Positions 37,985-49,385 of a stretch of 64,000 bases of DNA are shown piece by piece. How positions within the stretch are numbered: position 1 is the stretch's first letter; the number at the start of each line of letters is the position of its first letter. The stretch lies in the NCBI RefSeq assembly GCF_006345805.1, contig NC_043000.1:24924001-24988000 (forward strand), given 5' to 3'. Under the pieces are notes generated by a model, which was not told where the DNA came from, did no database searches, and saw nothing but the letters and a program-made list of their open reading frames with translations. Origin of the DNA: Octopus sinensis. Its lineage: Eukaryota. The translations under genes and the position numbers were made by a program.

Positions 37985-38532
37985 TTGTGTATATATATAT
38001 ATATATAATGTTTGTGTATATATATATATATAATGTTTGTGTATATATATATAATGTTTTGTATATATATATATTATATAATGTTTGTATATATATATAT
38101 ATAATTTTGTATATATATATATATATATATAATGTTTGTATATATATATATATATAATGTTTGTATATATTATATATATATATAATTTTGTATATATATA
38201 TATATATAATGTTTGTATATATATATATATATATGTTGTATATATATATATAATGTTTGTATATATATATATATATAATGTTTGTATATAATATATAATG
38301 TTTGTATATATATATATATATATAATGTTTGTATATATATATATATATATAATGTTTGTATATATATATATATATAATGTTTGTATATATATATATATAT
38401 ATAATGTTTGTATATATATATATATATAATGTTTGTATATATATATATATAATGTTGTATATATATATATATATAATGTTTGTATATATATATATATATA
38501 ATGTTTGTATATATATATATATATATAATGTT

Positions 38533-38576
<44 letters not shown>

Positions 38577-38635
38577 GTCTGTATAAATATATATATAATG
38601 TGTGTGTGTGTGTATATATATATATATACATACAC
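37235..38635. repeat. 1.4-kb TA-rich compound satellite
   Basis: Three successive unit types; first unit type also at 36655-36850. Confidence 0.95.
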
Positions 38636-38917
38636 ACACAACAGCTGTTGGAAGTTTTGAAATAACCTTGAAGTCAATTATCCAACACCTTGACATTACA
38701 AATACAAAAAGTACATTTGTGTGCATGTATGTGTGTGTATACATGCACGTACATTTACGCACACAGATGTGTGTCTATAAATACATACATATATCTACAT
38801 GGTTTCTCAACAATTTAGAAATAGTAAATTAAACATGTAACAAAAAAAACGAGGTGGCGGGGGGGGACATTAGTCCTAAATACATAGTGTAGTCTTAGAC
38901 TAAAAGGCAAGATGATC

Positions 38918-39278
38918 AAATCATCATCATCATCACCACCCAGTGTTTTAAATCTGAGTTTTGTCTCCGTTAACGGGGGTGGCCAGACCTACCTCAGTGC
39001 CACTGCAACCACCCTCACATCACCTCACCTTCTTGCTCAGTGTTGGGTGTCCTCCATTTTCAAGCCGACCCTCCCAATCTCCCCCTCCACATTTTCCTCG
39101 GTCTACCTTGCTTTCACGGTCCATTTACCCCAAACTCAAGCACCAACTTCAAAACATGTTCCTCATCCCTCCTTAACACATGACCATACCGCCACACTCC
39201 ATTCGCTCTTGCCAACCATTCCACCAATTCCTCCAAACCCAGCATCCCCTTCAAGTCATCAGTCCACCTCATGATAGC
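38918..39278 (-). mobile_element. RTE-clade LINE 3' end
   Basis: ARANGVWRYGHVLRRDEEHVLKLVLEFGVNGP*KQGRPRKMW, short 3' UTR, (GAT)n tail; matching 3' UTR at 22960-23052 on plus strand. Confidence 0.75.
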
Positions 39279-39769
39279 ACGATCAAAGAAGAAAGAATAT
39301 TTTTGATCACAGGTCTACTGGATCAAGGATGACCTGGTGCTAAACACCACCAGCAAAACGTTTAGCTCGTACAGAGCAGTTTTATTTTTAACAGTGCTTG
39401 TCTATATTTAACCACATGCCTTCTTCATCTCCATTTCTTCATTTTGGTTCTTGTCAAGAGCTTGTCAGGTAATGCTTACAAGAAAACAACTTATTTTGGG
39501 TACAGGAAGTTTGGAATTACTAGAAATACTCAGCTGTGTTTCTTTCTGAAAGGTAATAGCATACACATGTACGCATATCACACGCACAAAGATATATACC
39601 ACCTAACCCTAACAACCTCTCCCCAACACACACATTCACATACATTTATACCCATACACATGCACACACATACCCATACCACAAATAATTATACCCCACA
39701 CACATGCACACAAATATCCATACACACATACACATATATCCACACACACACACCACGCACGCATGCACA

Positions 39770-40250
39770 CAGGGGCAGGTATGGCAGTATGGCAAAGAGT
39801 TTGCTTCCCTTCCACATGGTTCCAGGTTCAGTCCCACTGCATGGCACCTTGGGAAAATGTCTTCCACTACAACCTTGTGTCAACTAAAGCCTCATGAGTG
39901 GATTTGGTAGACGGAAACTGAAAGAAACCCGCCACGTATCATCATCATCCTTTCACGTCTGTTTTCCATGCTGGCATGGGTTGGACAGTTTGACATGGAG
40001 CTGGCCAAACTCCAATATATGTGTGTATTGTGTGTGTGTGTGACTTTATGTCTGTGTCTGTCCCCCCCCCACCACCAAATGACAACTGATGCTGGTATGT
40101 TTATGTCCCCATCACTTAGCAGTTCAGTAAAAAAAACCGATAGAATAAGTACTAGGCTTACAAAGAATAAGTCCTGGGGTCGATTTGTTCAACTAAAGGC
40201 GGTGCTCCAGCATAGTCACAGTCAACAAGTAAAAGAATAAAGAATAAAAA
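39770..40250 (+). mobile_element. SINE family A interrupted by a family C 3' fragment (39938-40010, minus)
   Basis: Family A head 39770-39935 and tail 40020-40250. Confidence 0.85.
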
Positions 40251-40259
40251 AATTGATAA

Positions 40260-40538
40260 TACAGTTCTATATTTAAGAGATGAGGAATTATGTACATTAT
40301 TTACATTTGAAGGATATTTGTCCTCATCTTGTTTGTTGTTAACACACTGTTTCAGCTGATATACCCTCAAGCCTTCATCAGGTGTCTTGGGGAAATTTTG
40401 AAACTGGGTTCTCATTCCTAAGGTATTTTTCGATGTTATTATTATTATTATTATTTTTATTATTCAGGTCACTGCCTGGAATTGAAATCGGAATCTTGGG
40501 ATTAGTAACACACACTCTTAACCACAACGCCATATGAC
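40260..40538 (-). mobile_element. tRNA-headed SINE-like element with (AAT)n linker, hammerhead motif and 3' hairpin
   Basis: A box TGGCGTTGTGG (40522-40532), B-box-like GATTTCAATTCC, then (AAT)n, hammerhead, 9-bp inverted repeat 40278-40286/40321-40329; homologues at 48.1, 57.7 and 61.4 kb. Confidence 0.8.
40341..40386 (-). ncRNA. Minimal hammerhead motif inside tRNA-headed element
   Basis: GACAC-CUGAUGA-A-GGCUU(GAGGGUAUAU)CAGCU-GAAA-CAGU-GUGUU; stem I GACAC/GUGUU; a few substitutions in stems II and III relative to the 61.4 kb copy. Confidence 0.7.
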
Positions 40539-40821
40539 ATTGTTATGTTATGAACCTGTCTGTAAATCCAGACTTTGAACACAGAACCAATTTCAAATTT
40601 CAACTACTTCCTAAACAGATAATAATTTTGACTGCTCTATAGATAGCAACTTCAATCTAGATACAATACAGTAATGACAATGAGATACAAACCACAGGCT
40701 CTTCCACTAATTCTATTGGACCAATTATTGATTTGGCCATGCGCATTTTCAAACTTTTATTTGTATTAGTATAAGTGTGAAAAACAGATTGCTTGCAGAA
40801 ATTGCTTGAAGCTAAGAACAA

Positions 40822-41250
40822 CTTTCTTTTATTCTTTTACTTGTTTCAGGCATTTGACTGCCGCTATGCTGGAGCAGCACCTTTAGTCGAGCAAATCGAT
40901 CCCAGGACTTATTATTCTATCGGGTCTCTTTTGCTGAACCGCTAAGTTACAGGGACGTAAACACACCAGCATCGGTTGTCAAGCGATGTTGGGGGAACAA
41001 ATACACACACAAACATATATACACACATACATACATATATATATGCACATATATGATGGGCTTCTTTCAGTTTCCATCTACCAAATCCACTCACAAGGCT
41101 TTGGTCAGCCCAGACTATAGTAAAAGACACTTGCCCAAGGTGCCATGCAGTGGGACTGAACCTATAACCATGTGGTTGGTAAGCAAGCTACTTACTACAC
41201 AGCCACTCCTGAGCCTATAGCTACTTACCACACAGCCACTCCTGCACCTA
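40822..41250 (-). mobile_element. SINE family A, full length
   Basis: Family A homology; about 33-bp tandem duplication of the 5' end. Confidence 0.9.
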
Positions 41251-41271
41251 ATAATAACAACAATAATAAAA

Positions 41272-41710
41272 GATGAGCTACCACAAATATTCTGCTCAAT
41301 ACCACAGATTTGCTTGTCAGTTGTTTGATCTTAACCAGTTGAGCATGTTCCTTGGTGACTGACAATATGTGCATCTCTGATCACGAGCAGAAGTAGTTGC
41401 GGAGCATCATAGCCATGTGTTGAGAGGAATTCTTTGGGGTTTGGATAATTCACCTCTGGAAACATGGGTGTATCATTCATTACCCTTAAACCTTATTCAG
41501 GTACCCTTTGAATGGAATGGTCTACTTGACCAGCAGAAAATTTCAATTGGGCCCTATCTGCAAGGCCATGCTACGCACATGTGGTTGTGATGCATGTGCC
41601 TGGTGTACCCTTACCAGACAGGCAGACATGATGGGTGTATAGGGTTTCGTATATTTGTACCTCAATGTCACTTTGATGACATGAGCTGCTCTCTCACTCA
41701 ATAATAATAA
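41272..41710 (+). mobile_element. Probable retroelement 3' UTR with (AAT)n tail, family unassigned
   Basis: Non-coding block bounded by AAT repeats on both sides; single copy in window. Confidence 0.4.
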
Positions 41711-41990
41711 ATTTAAGCAGTTGTGGTCGATGAAAAAGGTAGCAGTAGTACCAATAATTGTTGGAGCCCTGAGAACAGTGAACAAAAATCTCGAGAAGTA
41801 CATGGAACAAATAGGGGCTGCAATAAGGGTAGAGCTCTTGCAGAAAACAGCACTGTTTGGAACCACTTGAATACTCCAGCAGGTGTTTGAAAAATAAGAG
41901 GTGTTACCTTAGTTCATTGGTAGTGAAGAGCTGACACTGTAGTACATCTCCAGCGTTAGAAGCTGTGCAAAGGCAATAATAATAAAAACA
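41711..41990 (+). mobile_element. R4/Dong-type 3' end, second subfamily
   Basis: KQLWSMKKVAVVPIIVGALRTVNKNLEKYMEQIGAAIRVELLQKTALFGT; TAA repeats on both flanks. Confidence 0.8.
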
Positions 41991-42709
41991 AATGATTGAC
42001 AGTGCTGTACTAAAAATATAACAAGGTGACACATGAGTCAATCTCTCTCTAGGCCTAAATAGACTATATTTGAAATAATAGAAAACAAGATGGTTGTGGC
42101 TAGAACATTGAACATGGATCACACACAGCTGATCTGGGATGGCCAGCATGAACACAGAGATTCACACATACTATATGCACATGTCACACTTTATTCTCCT
42201 TTCAGTAACTTTCTATATTTTACAAAAGCTGTGAGAAATATTTGAAAGATTGCAGACCAAAAAGTAATTCTGGATGGAGTTTTCTAGAAGTGTCAAAATA
42301 AAAGGTGGACATAGAGGATTATAGTACTATAGATTGGTGCTACTCAAAGTGCTGGTTGTGAACTGGTGCCGGTCCATGAGCCATCAGCTGCTGGTATGTG
42401 GCAAGTTTCCAGAAAAGAAAGAAACATTATAAAATGCTTATGTAATATTGTATTATTTGTTTACAAAATAAATATAAGATAAAAAATTGTCAACTTTTAT
42501 TATAATCATTGTATATATTGTGATGGTTTGTTGCTAACTTAATGTGGCAGTCCCAGGAAAGGGAAGAATGTTACTGTTATTTAGCCCCAGGAAACATTGT
42601 TTCCAGTTGGCTACATGACACAAGCATTCTGTGTCCTTAAGTTTTCAAACAGGGGAGACAAGCACCTCCACCCAGCAAAGCCAACATCCAGAGACAAGTT
42701 TCAGAGTTA

Positions 42710-42920
42710 TTGCTCGAGAAGTACGTGGAACAAATAGGGGCTGCAATAAGGGTGGAGCACTTGCAGAAAACAGCACTGCTTGGAACTGCTCATATACTCC
42801 GGAAGGTGCTCAAAAAATAAGAGGTGTTACCTTAATTCACTGGTAGTGAACAGCTGACACCGTAGTACATCTCCAGCATTAGAAGCTTTGCAAAGGCAAT
42901 GATAATAATAATAATAATAA
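42710..42920 (+). mobile_element. R4/Dong-type 3' end, shorter copy of 41.7 kb element
   Basis: High similarity to 41790-41990; (TAA)n tail. Confidence 0.8.
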
Positions 42921-43271
42921 TGTAGATAGAAAAAATCTCCTAAGAGTGCTTTAAAAGAAACAGGATAAAAAGAATTTCTACCACAACAACAATCAACATC
43001 CAGAGAGAAAATCATTAAAAACACGAATCTAAGAAAACGGTGTTTGTTTATTCATATATAAAATGTTTGTTTGTTTATTGCTGTATTTACACAGGATATG
43101 AAACATCAGGAATGGTTTGCAGAAGCTATGTAACATGTAATATACGGCTCAACAAACTTATACCTTCAAAACAAACAACAAAAGAAGCAAAAAAGAAAAC
43201 AAATCCCCCTGCAACAGACTTTTAATTCTTGGTATGTCGGGTTTTTAAATGCATGATTATTACTACCAACA

Positions 43272-43792
43272 GTAGAGCATCATCATTATCATCATAACCA
43301 TTATCACCAACAAACATCATCACCATCAACCATTATCATCACAACCATCATCATCATCACAACCATCATCATCACCAACAACCATCATCATCATCACCAA
43401 CAACCATCACCATCAATCATCATCATCACAACCATCATCATCATCACAACCATCATCATCACCAACAACCATCATCATCATCATCATCAACAACCATCAT
43501 CATCATCACAACCATCATCACCATCAACCATCATCATAATCAACCATCATCTTCATCACCATCAACCATCCTCATCATCACCATCAACCATCATCTTCAT
43601 CATCACAACCATCATCATCATCACAACCATCATCACCATCAACCATCATCTTCATCACCATCAACCATCATCATCATCATCACAACCACCACCATCATCA
43701 TCACAACCAACATCATCATCATCACAACCATCATCACCATCATCACAACCATCATCATCATCATCATCACAACCACCATCATCATAATCATT
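43272..43792 (+). repeat. (CAT)n/(CAA) compound repeat
   Basis: Units such as ACCATCATCATCATCACAACC. Confidence 0.95.
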
Positions 43793-44135
43793 AAGCTGGT
43801 AGAATTGTTAGCGCTGCAATTCTTCCGATTCATTAGATTCTGATAAAACGCTTAGTGGTATTTTGTCTGCTGCTACGTTCTGAGTTCAAATTCCACCAAG
43901 GTTGACTTTGCCTTTTATCTTTTCAGAGTCGATAAATTAAGTACCGGTTGCTTACTGGGGTCAATCTAATCAACTGCTCCCATCCCCACAAAATTTTGAG
44001 CCTTGTGCCTAGAGTTGAAAAGAATGAAATGAGTACCAGTTATGCACTGGAGTTGATGTAATTGTCTAGCCCCTAGCCAGCCCCGCCCCACGCAAAAAAT
44101 TTTCAAGGCTTTGTGCCTAGAGTAGAAATAATTGT
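43792..44135 (+). mobile_element. SINE family B with partial tandem 3' unit
   Basis: Family B homology; second unit starts near 44030. Confidence 0.8.
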
Positions 44136-44198
44136 TGCTGTTGCCATTTGCTGTGAATGATCAGGAAGCGCCACATGGACGATATTTTCCCTAATAGT

Positions 44199-44990
44199 CA
44201 TCATCCTCATCATTATCATCTTCATCATCGTTGTTTAACGTCCGCTTTCCATGCTTGCATGGGTTGGATGGTTTGACTGAGGACCGGTGAGCCAGAAGGC
44301 AGCACCAGGCTCCAATCCAATATGGCAAAGTTTCTACAGCTGGATGCCCTTCCTAACGCCAACTACTCCAAGAGTGTAGTGGGTGCTTTTTACGTGCCAC
44401 CAACATGAAGTCTAGTCAGGTGGTACTGGCATCAACCATGTTTGAATGGTACTGGCATCGACCATGTTCGGACAGTGCTATTTATGTGCCACCAGCACAA
44501 GGAGCCAGTCAGGTGGTACTGGCATTGACCCACGCTTGAATGGTGCTTTTCACATGCCACCGCACAGGGGCCAGTAAGTTGGCACTGGCATCGACCAAGT
44601 TCGGAGGGTGCTTTTTATGTGCCACCAGCACAGGAGCCAGTCAGGCGGCACTGGCATCAACCAAATTTTGATGGTGTTTTTTACGTGCCAGTCAGGTGGC
44701 ACTGGCATCGACCCACACTTGAATGGTGATTATTATATGCTACCAGCATGGGTGCCAGTCAGGCGGCACTGGCATCGAACCACTCTTGAATGGTGCTTAT
44801 TATGTGCCACCAGCACGGGTGCCAGTCAGGCAGCACTGGCATCAGCCACAACTGCAATTTCCATTTTGATTTCAATCTTGATTTGATTTTGATTTTATTT
44901 AACTCAATAGGTCCCTTTCAAGCACAGTGTATCGCCCACTGATTCAAGGGTACTTTTAAATGGGCTGGTTATGCCAACATTGGTATAAAT
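44199..44990 (-). mobile_element. Family C, long copy with about seven 65-bp units
   Basis: Array 44389-44860 plus (AAATC)n module. Confidence 0.85.
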
Positions 44991-45739
44991 ACAGTAAAAC
45001 ATATTTTAAAATAGGAACCAATTCAAGGGCCTAGTCTTCAGCAACATTACAGTTGGTGTAAAGTAATAAATAAAATTAAAGTTTTAAATACGTGAAGTCA
45101 TAAGGAATTTGTCAGTGTCAAGCTAAGATAAAATATCTCTGTCTTCACTGAGAGATTTCTTTTCATTAAACCAAAACATGAAAGGTGAAGTGTTAAAAAT
45201 CATTGATAAATTTAATAATATCATTTCCCCGAGGATTTTCGAACTTTATTGCGATTGCTGTTTATCAAGAAGAAAATCAATAAGCATTTTCATATTATTC
45301 TCGAAAAGTCCAAGAAATCCTGCATGGAATAACAAATAGCAGATTAACAAGAATTACTACGAAATATCAATTTTGAAGTCCCATGGATTGATCAGGAGTA
45401 AAGAACAGGCAAAAGAAAAGTTCTCTTCAGATTTAAATCTGACATCTATGCGTTTCTATCTATACACTCACACACGCACGTGTGTGTGTGTGTGTGTTTA
45501 TACCTTATCATCATGATATCATGGCTTCAAAAACAGATTGATTTTTTTTTACATTTCGTGATGGTGGAAGAGAACAATGGTAGAATCTCAACAATTCATT
45601 GAGCTGTTTACAGAATTGGTTCTATCTGTACGCTACTCAAAGTGTCAATATCTATCAATAACCAACAACCTCAGCTAACCTCCCCACTCTCTAATTTGAT
45701 TTCTATAGATGTACTTTCTATATAGTATAAAATGTTCTA

Positions 45740-45788
<49 letters not shown>

Positions 45789-46257
45789 CTGGTATGTATA
45801 TGGGTTATTTTGGTTTGTATTTCTCATTGTAATCCCCTGTTATTTGTATCAGGTTCATGAAAAAAAAAAAAATTAAATTAACATAAGGAAAAAAAAATGA
45901 TTAGGTTTCTTCTAATTAATTCCCATTTGTAAAGTACATTGGACATTATCATCTGAGAGGCTTGCTAATTATTAAATTACGAAATGGTAAGATGAACAAT
46001 TCATTAATTTTACTCTGTCTAATAATTCTAAAAGCAGATAAACAAGGAGGCAGTTTTATAAAACTTTATTCCCACATCATCATCTCACAACTATACAACA
46101 CACAGACACAATTGTGCAGCAGCCAACACTGCCCCAGCATGGCCACAGCTCGTGAGCTGAAACTAGATGAAATAAAATAAATAAATAAAATCCACAATTT
46201 AACATACTAACTCACAACACACCATACAACCACCAACAATGCCTCATAAGACACAAT

Positions 46258-46910
46258 TACATGATTGGTACTGTGCCCGTGCCGGCTGACTGGTCCTGTA
46301 CCGGTGGTATGTAAAAGGCACCATTCGAGCATGGTTGATGCCAGTGCTGCCTGACCAGTGGCATATAAAAAGAACTCACTACACTCTTGGAGTGGTTGGC
46401 ATTAGGAAGGGCATCTAGCTGTAGAAACATTGCCAGATAGGATTGGAACCTGGTGCAGCCTTCTGGCTTGCCAGTCCTCAGCCAAACCATCCAATCCATA
46501 CCAGCATGGAAAGCGGATGCTAAACAACGACGATGATGATGATTTCATGAGCATGATCATTGCCAGAGCAGCCAACTGGCTTCCGTACCCGTGGCATGTA
46601 AAAGGGCACTATTCAAGCATGATCGTTACCAACGTCACATCACTGGCACCTGTGCCAGTGGCACGTATAAAAAGATTCGAGTGAGGTCATTGCCAGTACA
46701 GCCTGACTGGTCCCCATGCCAGTGGCACATAAAAAGCACCCACTACACTCTCGGAGTGGTTGGCGTCAGGAAGGGCATCCAGCTGTAGAAACTCTGCCAG
46801 ATCAAGATTAGAGCCTGGTGCAACCATCTGGTTCACCAGCCCTCAGTCAAAATCGTCCAACCCATGCTAGCATGGAAAGCGGATGTTAAACGATGATGAT
46901 GATGATGATT
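46258..46910 (+). mobile_element. Two tandem family C copies
   Basis: 46258-46545 and 46552-46910, each with GAT tail. Confidence 0.85.
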
Positions 46911-47660
46911 TACCATATCAAATGAACACTTTCTTACAACTCCTTAAGATTCAAATATTACATTATCAAATAACACCACCTTACATTTTAACACCACAAT
47001 GCTATCTTAAATCACTGCTAAATATTATATGTTATTCACTATACCACGGAGGTTCTTTCTTGCACTAAATACAAAAGAAATCCATAAAAGAAACACTGAT
47101 CTTTGAGAACAAAGTCTTCAGTTTATGACTAACTCCTGTTGGTACATGTTTAACTGGCGCTAGATCATCTTAGTGAATGTGTCAGAAACACAGAAATATT
47201 CATATCAATTCTATAACACTTTGGTTGATATCTACAAAGAGAATGGAATGGATCAGTAAAACAGCTTTCAAAAGCTGAACGGAATGTGTATGAAGTCTCA
47301 TAAAACACATCCAAGCTTTTTGTAAAGAGTGAAAATTCTTCCATATATTGTAGAAGTTATGAATACTGGAATAATAACAAATAATTTTCTGAGGCGTGGA
47401 TCACAAGTGATTCTATCATTTGTAGTAGAAACATCATTTTCTTTTCCTCTTTTTGTTTTTTTTTATCTTCTTTTACTTGATATCTGCCAAAATGGTCTGA
47501 ACAAAACAAATGGATAGGTGATAGCCATCCATATATCAACACTGGTTGTAGCAGTCAACAGTAAAGTCACATCGGTTAAATCAGTATGTCAAGATTTATC
47601 TTTCAAACATGGCAAAGCTCTGTGCCCTTACAATGTCACTGCCATACAATACCAACATCG

Positions 47661-48050
47661 GTGGAGGTGCAATGTCCCAATGGTTAGGGCAGCAGACTCG
47701 CGGTTGGAGGATCGCAGTTTCAATTCCCAGACCGGGCGTTGTGTGTGTTTATTGAGCGAAAACACCTAAAGCACCACAAGGTTCTGGCAGGGGGTGGTGC
47801 CGACCCCTGTTGTACTCTTTTGCTACAACTTTCTCTCACTCTTTCTTCCTGTTTCTTGTACCTGACTTCCTATGCAACTGCTGAGCCTGGATGCACATTC
47901 ATCCATCCGCCGATGCTCTCAGTGTCAGGGAGTTGACCTGCTTTCTCTTCTGCGGGTCTTACAAATAGCAAAGGACCTCGTTTCGGACTTCTCCCAAGAG
48001 GACGAAGACCGCTTCGCTCAACAGCAACAGCAACACCAACATCGACAACA
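47661..48050 (+). mobile_element. SINE family D with alternative tail (type 2) ending in CAA/CAG repeats
   Basis: Aligns with 52376-52580, then unrelated 190-bp tail. Confidence 0.8.
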
Positions 48051-48057
48051 CTACACA

Positions 48058-48300
48058 ATATATTATATATCAGTCGGAGTGGTGTCCTCATCCAAGGCAT
48101 AGCGTAGTGGATAAAGGTACCAGTTAATGAGGTTCTGAGTTCAATTCCAGGTGAGACACTAAGGTGAATCTCAAGACACCTGAAGAAGTCTAAAGTGTAC
48201 ATACAACAGCCGAAAAGCAGTCAAAGCAACACCCAAGATGAGGACACCACCCACTCATACATAATATATAAAATTCCCCGTCTCTGAAATACTGAATTGT
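48058..48300 (+). mobile_element. Divergent subfamily of the tRNA-hammerhead element with 5' inverted segment
   Basis: A box TAGCGTAGTGG 48100-48110, B box GAGTTCAATTCC 48137-48148, CAAGACACCTGAAGAAG, CAAGATGAGGAC; 48058-48092 is an inverted copy of the 3' part; flanked by ACTACACA direct repeats 48050-48057 and 48301-48308. Confidence 0.7.
48174..48222 (+). ncRNA. Degenerate minimal hammerhead motif
   Basis: AGACAC-CUGAAGA-AGUCU...CAGCC-GAAA; homologous in position and sequence to the 40.35 kb motif; stems partly decayed. Confidence 0.5.
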
Positions 48301-48496
48301 ACTACACATGGTATATCAGCGCATTGAGACCATTACTGCCAGTATTATCTCAATACACCTCAATATAATCAAACAACATACTGAACCATCAATACTTTCT
48401 CATATCACACCACACTACTTTGAAAAACAGTATAACAATGATAATGATGTTGTATATGCATGCATGTACATATGTATGCATGCATGCATTTATATA

Positions 48497-48912
48497 TATT
48501 TTTTTATTGCCCACAGGGGCTAAACATAGAGGGGACAAACAAGGAGAGACAAAGGGATTAAGTTGGTTACATCGACCCCAGTGCGTAACTGGTACTTAAT
48601 TTATTGACCCCGAAAGGATGAAAGGCAAAGTCGACTTCGGCGGAATTTGAACTCAGAACATAACAGCAGACGAAATACCTATTTCTTTATTACCCACAAG
48701 GGGCTAAACATACAGGGGACAAACATGGACAGACATAGGTATTAAGTCGATTATATCGAACCCAGTGCTTAACTGGTACTTAATTTATCGACCCCGAAAG
48801 GATGAAAGGCAAAGTCGACCTCGGCAGAATTTGAACTCACAACGTAACAGCAGCTGAAATACCTCTAAGCATTTCGCCCGATGTGCTAACGATTCTGCCA
48901 GCTTGCCACCTA
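48497..48912 (-). mobile_element. SINE family B dimer
   Basis: Junction at 48674-48679. Confidence 0.9.
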
Positions 48913-48961
48913 TATATATAAATGCATGCATTTATATATGTAGGCATGCTTGTATGTATAT

Positions 48962-49385
48962 AGGTCAGGTCACTTTCGAGTGCTGCTGGTAACATGTAAC
49001 CCAGTACAACCTGTTGCATGATCGGGTCGTCGGCGACTAAACCGGCAACCCCACCAAGCTTGCTTGGTAAGGAGGGTGTTTATTGAACACCCTGCGGGAT
49101 GAAAAACAAAACCCATCAAAGGGCGGAGGAACTCTTGAGAGTCAACGGCCATCCAATAAATGTCTTAAGGCTGTATCATTTGCAGGGACATAGAAATAAT
49201 TGGACTGAATACCCGATCGCGCGGTTAAACCATTGGGAGTGAAGGACTCCTAGCCTTTGTTAGGGCATCTTTCTAGGAGAAGGTAACTCAGGTAACTGGG
49301 ATAACTCCAACATAAAACCTGCGGCTCAGTGGTTACCGATGATGTTGACTCGTTCATCTTTTCGCATTATGGCTGCTGTTCCTTA
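48962..49385 (+). mobile_element. Probable RTE-clade LINE 5' UTR fragment
   Basis: GC/CpG-rich island with CTAGGAGAAGGTAACTC..TAAAACCTGCGG, resembling the motif I recall from RTE 5' UTRs; no ORF follows. Confidence 0.45.

Noticed and set aside
37156-38762. Long ORFs of 179-436 aa
   Set aside because: Pure translation of TA/CA satellite (Y/I/T/H repeats); the same applies to ORFs at 13.1-13.6, 16.0, 28.5, 35.5 and 36.5 kb
47090-47130. CUGAAGA followed by CUUUG/CAAAG stem on minus strand
   Set aside because: No GAAA after the stem and no stem I or III
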